The translations under genes were made by a program, and so were the position numbers. The notes under the pieces were generated by a model, which saw only the letters and a list, made by a program, of their open reading frames with translations, did no database searches and had not been told where the DNA came from. From Octopus sinensis (Eukaryota): a stretch of 64,000 bases of DNA. This document shows, piece after piece, positions 55,646 through 64,000 of this stretch (the stretch's first letter is position 1; each line of letters opens with the position of its first letter). The DNA lies in contig NC_043017.1 in assembly GCF_006345805.1 (NCBI RefSeq), forward strand, positions 21,266,001-21,330,000, written 5' to 3'.

Positions 55646-56321
55646 GGCATATTAAACATTGTGTTAACAACAAACAAGATGAGGACAAATATCCATTGAA
55701 TGTAAATAATTTAAGTAGAAAGATATATATTTTTTCTCAACACGTAAATACTGAACAGTATTTATATATATAGGATAAAATCCTTTTTAAGAACAGTAAA
55801 ATATACCTCAAAGCATATTTGAACTGGTAACAAGTTTGTAATAATGATAAAATATAACAAAAAGAAAAAAATATGGTAAAAGCAGAAAACAATAATATTC
55901 TAATTTATTTATTCTCAACACAAAAACCTTAATTTGCATAATATAAAACAATATAAACATCCGTCTGTCGTTTTTGTAAAAGTGTTTTAGCTGGCTTTTT
56001 TTTTCAGACGTCTCTCAGACATTTTGTTAGCATTCTATCAACAACGCTATGACCACAGTTAAGATTAAGCAGTAGACATCCATTCCAAGAGATTCAGCAA
56101 AAATTAATTAAGAACATGGAACCGAAATCTATCTTTGAACAGACTGTTTTGGTGAAAGTATGGTAACCAGTTTTATTATGAAATGTTACATAAAGATAGT
56201 GAATTTCCATATTTTTATTCTTTTTTTTTTTGGCTATCAGATCTATTATCTTTTTACTGTTGATTTCTTTATTCCAATTATGGAATTAGTAAAAAAAAAA
56301 AAAAATAAAGCAATATCATCA

Positions 56322-56652
56322 CCATCATCATCATCATCATTTAGCATCCGCTTTCCATGCTAGCATGGGTTGGATGGTTCAACTGGGGTCTGGGAAGCCA
56401 GAAGGCTGCACCAGGCCCAGTCTGATCTGGCAATGTTTCTATGGCTGATGCCCTTCCTAACACCAACCCCTCCGTGAGTGTAGTGGGTGCTTTTTACATG
56501 CCACCAGCACAGGTGCCAGACGAGGCTGGCAAATGGCCATGATTGGATGGTGCTTTTTACATGCCACCGGCACAGGTGCCAGAAGAGGCTGGCAAACGGC
56601 CACAATCGGATGGTGATTTTTACGTGCCACCAGCACGGGTGCCAGGCGAGAT
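56322..56652 (-). mobile_element. Family F copy with 63-bp internal tandem units
   Basis: Units start at 56486, 56549 and 56612. Confidence 0.8.
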
Positions 56653-58253
56653 ATATGTATATCAGCATCGTCATCATCATCGTTTTAGTGTCTAATTTTC
56701 CAGTTTTACATGTTTCAAACAGATTTTCTATAGCTGGATGCTCTTTCTGTCATTGACCCTCACCTGTTTCCAAGCAAGGCAATATTTCCCCATGGGCAAC
56801 CATGTTTTCACAGAATATTAGAAATGAATGACACTGCTTGTATGACGGTGGCATTCATTTACATCTATCGCAGAGTATCACACAGAGAACACCAACATGC
56901 ACACAAACATACACACACATGTGCCAGCATGGACAACGGATGTTAAATGATGATGATGGTGATATATATATCATCATCATCATCATCATCATCTTTTAAT
57001 GTCTGCTTTCCATGCTAGCATGGGTTGGACGGTTCAACTGGGGTCTGGGAAGCCAGAAGGCTGCACCAGGCCAGTCTGATCTGGCAATGTTTCTACGGCT
57101 GGATGCCCTTCCTAATGCCAACCACTCCGTGAGTGTAGTGGGTCCTTTTTATGTGCTACTGGCACAGGTGCCAGACGAGGCTGGCAAACGTCCATGATTG
57201 GATAGTGCTTATTCTACCTGAAACTGAAGGGACCTGTCACGGTACTGCAGATTTTCCAGGATCAGAGAAGGCTCCCATTGTTCTTTGCCAAAGTTATAGG
57301 GAAGGCAGCTCTTCTGGGAGAAGGAGACTCTGACATAAAACTTGCAATCAAAATAGTACTCATCATTTTGCAATCTGGCCACCAGGACATGTTATGGTGA
57401 CCGAGAGAGTGGCAAAAGTGTCGTGCAAGATTTTGTCACTTAAACCCAATGATGTACAGATATCTTACCATCATTTCTTTTAGTGATTCATTTTGCATTT
57501 TATAAAGTCCTAAGACTTTATAGATGCGTTGGGGTGAAAAGTCTTATCGTGCACATGCAAAGATAGAGTAAATCAGAAGAATCAGGCTCAATGTCAACTA
57601 GCTATCAAATGACAAGATGAAGCAATCATCACATACATATATATCTACAACATCAATTAATTTACAAGTGCTACAGTTAACCTTTGGTCCAGTACATCCT
57701 TTTATATGATCAGGTCATCAGCAGCTAAACCGTATACACTCACAGTTTAGCCAGACATCAGCACTATAGAGGTTAACATTCTGTCTTTCATTTTTCACTA
57801 ACATAAGATGAACAAGAAGAAAAGGCCCCTGTATTCTTTGGTGGTCTTTATCCACCCTCACCTGCCCTTTACATCTTATAGCTATTGAGAACCAATTATC
57901 TTGAAACAAGTAGAATCTGGAGTCAACCTGACGCTAAACAGCAGGTCATGATTATTTGAATGAATTTTCTTTTCAGAATTCGAAACTATTCATGAATTTA
58001 TCAAAGAATATGTATACGTTTCTTCACCATTCTTTCACTTCAGGAAACGGAAATGATGCAAAGGAATGGAATTTGATAGAATTATGAAAGTTCAGCACAA
58101 AGGATCTTTTGATAATCAAGAATTTTATATACACTGTCAATTGTATACAAACTTATGCTTGCATAGTTATTCGCCAAAGATTTCCACCTCTGCAATCTAA
58201 TGGTTTCGAATTTGAAAATTCCATTTTGGATTATAATAAGCAATAACAGTAGC

Positions 58254-58285
<32 letters not shown>

Positions 58286-58519
58286 TAATAATAATAATCT
58301 TTTCCACTCTAGCTACAAATTCTGAAATTTTAGGGGAGGGGTCCAGTCAATTAGATCGACCCCTCCCCACCAGTACACAACTGGTACTTAATTTATTGAT
58401 CCTGAAAAAAATGGAAGGCCAAGTTGACCTCGTTGGAATTTGAACTCAGAATGTAAAGACAGATGAAATACCACTAAGCATTTCGCCCAGCATGCTAACA
58501 TTTCTGCCAGCTTACCACT

Positions 58520-58559
<40 letters not shown>

Positions 58560-58859
58560 TAGTAACAATAAAAATGATAACAATAATAATGACTGTAACA
58601 GTGGTTTCAAATTTTGGCAGAAGGCCAGTTATTTTTGAGGGGAGGGATGGAGTGGGGGCAATCCATTACATCAACTGCGGTACTTGACTGGTATCTATTT
58701 TACAAATTTTTTTTGGTCCTAGAAGGACAAAAAGGCAAAGTTGACCCTGGCAGTATTTGAACTCGGAGCATAACAAGCCGGAAGACATGCCAATAAGCAT
58801 TTTGCCTGGTGCACTAACCATTCTGCCAACTTGACAACTTAATAATAATAATAATAATG

Positions 58860-58912
<53 letters not shown>

Positions 58913-59004
58913 GTGATGATGATGATATATAAAACTACTAAATGAAAAATTCTCTTTGGTTTTATTTCATTACAATTCTGTCATTGCATCACTATAGCTG
59001 CTAT

Positions 59005-59040
59005 TGTTATTACTGGCGCAATTATTATTATTATTATTAT

Positions 59041-59098
<58 letters not shown>

Positions 59099-59277
59099 CT
59101 ATTATTATTATTAGTATTATTATTACTATTATTATTATTAGTATTATTATTACTATTATTATTATTAGTATTATTATTACTATTATTATTATTAGTATTA
59201 TTATTACTATTATTATTATTAGTATTATTATCATTATTATTATTATTATTTTTATTATTATTATCATTATTATTTTT

Positions 59278-59311
<34 letters not shown>

Positions 59312-59355
59312 CTATTATTATTATTAGTATTATTATCATTATTATTATTGTTGTA
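59005..59355. repeat. (ATT)n tract with 27-bp higher-order repeat
   Basis: ATTATTATTATTAGTATTATTATTACT repeated about 5 times from ~59075. Confidence 0.9.
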
Positions 59356-59465
59356 GTTGTTGTTTCTGCTGCTGTTATTGTTGCTATCATTATTCTTGAA
59401 TGTAGACAAGTATTGTGTTTGTAATGTCACCAGATGGAGAAAAACAAATAATAGTAATAATAATA

Positions 59466-59514
<49 letters not shown>

Positions 59515-61804
59515 CAAAATGAAAATGAAGACTTCGGCATGAGCGGGCGGCAGAAGCCTTGCAGCAATTAGCTGTGTGATTCCGTCGTGTACAACATTGT
59601 TTGGGAACAACACTTCAGGTCGTGACTTTGGAAAAGGCACAAATGGGCGCCGTGCCAACTCAATAAAGTCACCAGAAACACAACAAATAGTTTTGGCAAA
59701 TCTATAAAGCAACAGGACAAAATGGTGCTGATGCAAGCGGAGATAGTGATGATAGTAACGAAAGTGGTGGTGGTGGTGGTGGTGATGATGGTGTCAGTGG
59801 CGGTAGTGGTGGTGGTGGTGTGTAGAATTCTTCCCTTTGTTTTTGTTGTTCAATAATTGGGTGCCAACTTTGGTATTTCTTTCCTGCTGGCTCACTGCAG
59901 TCATGTTTGAAGTATTGTATTTATTTCTTCTCCAGCCAAACTCTTGGAGACGAGCAGAATAAATGCCGTTGTTGTCTCGAACAGAAATGGACACTGTTGT
60001 TTGAACTGGATCGATTCTTTAAAATGAGGCTGTGGCTAGAATTACAATGGAAACAACAACCAAACACAAAGACTGATCTCAGCAACAACATCAACAACAA
60101 CAATGGGGTGGGGGAAGAGAAAGGGGAAGTAAGAGAATAACGAAGGGGCATGTGTTATTGTGCAGTACCAATAAAAGACTATTGTCTACAGTGGACTATA
60201 TCTGGTGCCACTGACTAGGTAAATTAAATGGAACATAATAACAATGATCCTTTCCACTCTAGGCACAAGGCATGAAATTTTGGAAGCTGGGTGGGCTAGT
60301 TAATTACATCGACTCCAGTGTAAAGCTAGTACTTAATTTATCGACCCCAAAATGATGAAAGGTAAAGCTGGCCTCAGTGGAATTTGAACTCAGAATGTAG
60401 TGGCAGATGAAATACAAATAAGCATTTTGCCTGGCTTGATAACAATTTTGCCAGCTCACCACCTTAATAATAATAATAATGATGATGATAATAATAATAA
60501 TTTTTCAACTAGCAAACCACACCTCGGATTTAACTCACTGGCCATGTTTCGACAAGAACCAGTGCATTCAACAACAATAATAATAATATCAGATAATGTT
60601 TTTTATGTGCCACTGGCACAGGGGCCAGTCATGAGATCCTGGCATTGATCACTTTCAGATAATGCTTTTTACATGCCGGCCCATGAATAATACACTTTCA
60701 TTGTATTTTAATGTGAGTTTGAAACAAATTTCTTTGACACAGCACTTGGACCTATGAATGCCTCACAATGTCCCAACTCCAAAAATTTTGGTTTATTCTA
60801 AACAGAAAGCAAAGAACAAGAGGAGTTGGGCAGAGTGCTAGATCAGCCTTGACCCACAACTCAAAACTGAAATGCAATTCCAGTCTCCGACCAGGTCTGC
60901 CTCACTGGCCCCCTGTGCTGGTGCACGTAAAAAGCAACATCCAAACATGGCCGATGCCAGTACCCTCTGACTGTCTCCCGTGTCACTATCCAAACGTAAT
61001 CAATGCCAGGGCCACCTGACTGGCTCCTGTACTGGTGGCACATAAAAAGCACTCACTACATTCTCAGAGTGGCTGGCATTAGGAAGGGAATCCAGCTGTA
61101 GAAACATTGCCAGATCAGATTGGAGCATGGTGCAGCCATCTGGCTCTCCAGACCTCAGTCAAACCGTCCAACCCATGCCAGCATGGAAAACAGACGTCAA
61201 ACGATGATGATGGTGATGATGATGATGATTCTTTACCTTCGAATTTTTTTTTTGCATTTTTTTGCATTTAAATCTTGTGTCTCCCTGTTCATGGATATTT
61301 GGTAAAGTTGATTAGAGTACAGCCCATGCTAGCATGGAAAATGGACATTAAACGATGATGATGATGATGATAATGAACCATCTTAATTGAAGTGATAGGT
61401 TTATTCTCTATCAGGTATCGATTCCATAGAAACAATTGTCCTCTAAAATCTGATGGCATATTACCAACGTTTGCAGAAAATAATTGAAATTTTCACCAAT
61501 CCAGAATCTTTTACTTGGATTAATCTGTTTGAATTAAAAGGGAAGCAAATAAAAAAAAAAACATAAAAAGTGGAATTTATTTATTTGAAATTGAGAAACT
61601 TTCAAAACAGCCAGAAAATTCCATTCTTTGAATGGAGTGAAGAATACACTGCATGATGGATTTCGTTTCTAGAATTTCATTTTATTTAACTTTATTTCAT
61701 TTCCCTCATTCAATTCCAAGTGATTTAAATGTTATCTGGTTAAAAAGTATCTTACTTGATTTCTTCTTATTACTATTATTATTATTATTATTAAGAACTT
61801 ATTA

Positions 61805-61850
<46 letters not shown>

Positions 61851-62196
61851 TATTATTAAGAACTTATTATCATTATTATTATTATTATCATAATTTTTAT
61901 CATTATCATTAATATTATTGTTATTATTATCATCATTATTATCATTATCATTATCATCATCATCATCATTATTATTAAGGTGGTGAGCGGGTAGAATCAT
62001 CAACATGTCATGCAAAATACTTTTAGTGGCATTTCATTCATTTTCATGTTCTGAGTTCAAATTCCACCAAGGCCGACTTTCCTTTTCATCCTCTAGGGGT
62101 TGATAAAATAAGTACCAGTTAAACACTGGGGTGGACATAATCGACTTATACCCTCCCCCAAACTCGCTGTGCCAAAATTTGAAACCATCATTATTA

Positions 62197-62227
<31 letters not shown>

Positions 62228-63356
62228 CGTTATCATGTGTGTGTGTGTGTATGTGTGTGTGTGTGTGTGAGTTCATAGTAAGAGATCCTATGTAACAAAC
62301 TAATCAGGAAGATGGAAGGGAGAATGAAGTGAATTAATCCCTGTTTATGATTGGCTGACTGAAACGGGAAACAAAATATATATGAACCAAAATGAAAATT
62401 AAACAACTACAAAATAACAACAGCAAGAAGAAAAAGAAGAAGAAGAAGAGGAAGAAGAAGAAGAACAACAACAACAGCAGCAGCAGCAGCAGCAACAACA
62501 AAAATAATATCTCAACAGCCCCAAAATTATTTTTCAACGATAGAAAATAGAATATTTTCATCTATGAAGATGACAGACTCCATCTAGTGGTTAAAACATA
62601 GTCATATTGTAAACAGAGACAGAAAAGAATAAATAAATAAATAAATAAATAAAAATAAAATCAGTAGAAAAAAAATATAACAGACAAACAAATGAGTAAA
62701 AAACAGAACAACCATATACGAAATTGTATGGAAGCCTAGAATGGAAAACAAAAAATATAAACCTAGAAAATATTTCTTGGCGAATAAAATAGTGAATGGT
62801 TTTATTAAATGTTTTAGAATTAACAACGAAAAAAGAAAAGGCAAAAAAGCAAGAAATCTATAAAAATCCAGATTTTTCTGGAAATATTAACTAGATTTCT
62901 GCTAATTGCATATCACAGTCCACATTGTTCTTTTCACAAATTCTTTAATATTGAATGTACAAAAACCTTCCGAAATTTTTCATTGTTCCTTCTTCCAAAG
63001 ATCTTTCTAGTTCTTTCAAAATGTTCCATCCACTCTTCAATCAATCCGATGCCCTTTTTTTTTTTTACCCCTATCTTACAGGTTTTTCTCTTCTGTTTCA
63101 ATTCTTTCTTATCTCACATTTTGTTCTTTTCATTATTTCTTTTACTTTTTCCTAAATTATTACCTTTTATTTATTATATACATATTTTATACATATTTTA
63201 TACATATTCTAGTATCTTATTTCTGGGAGTTTCTTCCAATTCCTACATCCTTATTATTTATTTATCTTCCAATTCTTCCTTCATATATATATATATATAT
63301 ACATATATATACATATATATATATATATATGTAACATATACATATGTATGTGTGTG

Positions 63357-63388
<32 letters not shown>

Positions 63389-63536
63389 AGAATATACTAT
63401 ATATATATACACATAAATTTATGTGTGTGCATGCATGTGTGTGTATATATATATATATATATATTATATACATATATACATATATATATACACACACACA
63501 CACATATGTATACATATATGTACATATGTATATATA

Positions 63537-63571
<35 letters not shown>

Positions 63572-63711
63572 TTTCACTTGCATCTACTTGGATTTCTTAT
63601 ATCTATTTTAACTTGTATGTATGCATGTATGTGTTGAAAGAGACAATGAAAGGGAAAGAAAAAGATATATATACATATATGTCTCTCTCTATCTATCTCT
63701 GTCTCTCTCTG

Positions 63712-63772
<61 letters not shown>

Positions 63773-64000
63773 TTCCTCTCTTTTTATGATCATTCCAGCA
63801 GTTTTTCTCTCCCTCCACTACTTCTGTTTCCACTTAAAGCAATACAAATTCATATTTAATCTGCAAACTTCTTCTTCTGTTAATTTTTATAATTCACCAT
63901 TCTCTTCAATCTAACCAATCTATATTTTTCCTAAGTCAATTCTTCTAATCATCTTTTATTTCCATTCTTTGAAAATCTTAATGAAGTTTCCGTGATATTT

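Noticed and set aside
58981-59736. 251-aa minus-strand ORF
   Set aside because: About two thirds is (AAT)n-derived poly-L/poly-N, and the unique N-terminal part has no recognisable domain.
6555-63914. Dozens of long ORFs rich in Y/I, C/V, H/T, poly-I, poly-L or poly-M
   Set aside because: They are translations of (TA)n, (TG)n, (CA)n, (ATT)n, (GCA)n and (GAT)n repeats, which lack stops in some frames.

Overview
Eukaryotic, AT-rich, extremely repeat-dense non-coding DNA (intergenic or inside a very large intron). The repeat families look like Octopus (cephalopod); this rests on recalled family sequences, not a database search. No intact host gene, rRNA, true tRNA or CRISPR array is supported, and nearly all ORF-track entries are microsatellite translations. 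The window is a mosaic of microsatellites/minisatellites, several tRNA-derived SINE families, RTE-type LINE 3' ends, a 5'-truncated R4/Dong-like retrotransposon, Tc1/mariner remnants (one countable as DD41D) and MITEs, TTAA-flanked piggyBac-type MITEs and a complete non-autonomous Helitron. The most interesting signal is a set of minimal type-I hammerhead-ribozyme-like motifs in three small element families. Two families are ~190-210 bp elements embedded in (TA)n (22700-23118, 6099-6285, 36700-36785). The third is a tRNA-headed element with an inverted copy of its own 3' end (55340-55710), resembling a Penelope-dependent SINE/retrozyme. Repeat boundaries are approximate unless termini are quoted.
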